Of a stretch of 16,491 nt of DNA, positions 16,472 through 16,491 are shown piece after piece (within the stretch, counting starts at the first letter, position 1; the number at the start of each line of letters is the position of its first letter). The stretch covers positions 1 to 16,491 of the forward strand of contig CAWEYG010000007.1 of assembly GCA_963813155.1 (NCBI GenBank), written 5' to 3'. The DNA comes from an uncultured Acidobacteriota bacterium (GTDB lineage Bacteria > Acidobacteriota > Thermoanaerobaculia > UBA5066 > DATFVB01). The notes below the pieces were generated by a model. That model was not told the origin of the DNA, made no database searches, and saw only the letters and a program-made list of their open reading frames with translations. The translations under genes were made by a program, and so were the position numbers.

Positions 16472-16491
16472 CCATCCTTCACTTCTTCGGG

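Overview
GC-rich bacterial window; the tmRNA tag ANSNLALAA resembles acidobacterial tags as I recall them (weak inference). The left part (84-5714, minus strand) is a translationally coupled housekeeping operon: N-acetylmuramoyl-L-alanine amidase, GerMN-domain protein, murI, rph, O-methyltransferase, DUF1015. It is divergent from ssrA (tmRNA, 6315-6673). Downstream of ssrA is an accessory region: a 3-gene envelope operon with a GT87 glycosyltransferase, four toxin-antitoxin loci (two with decayed or missing toxins), a truncated UvrD helicase and several secreted proteins, including a papain-fold protein with Ser in place of the catalytic Cys. Two non-coding repeat systems run through it. (i) A long rod-like palindromic element in three copies (5773-6262, 10192-10478, 14961-15171) with compensatory base-pair changes. 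(ii) A 28-29 bp boundary motif TGGGGACGGTCTTG(C)TTTT(G/C)G(T/C)GTATTAC (12795, 13436, 15200; degenerate at 12106) that separates single-gene or TA units like cassettes. No integrase or transposase is visible. Three single-base frameshifts (about 166, 3114, 14731) are probably sequencing errors.
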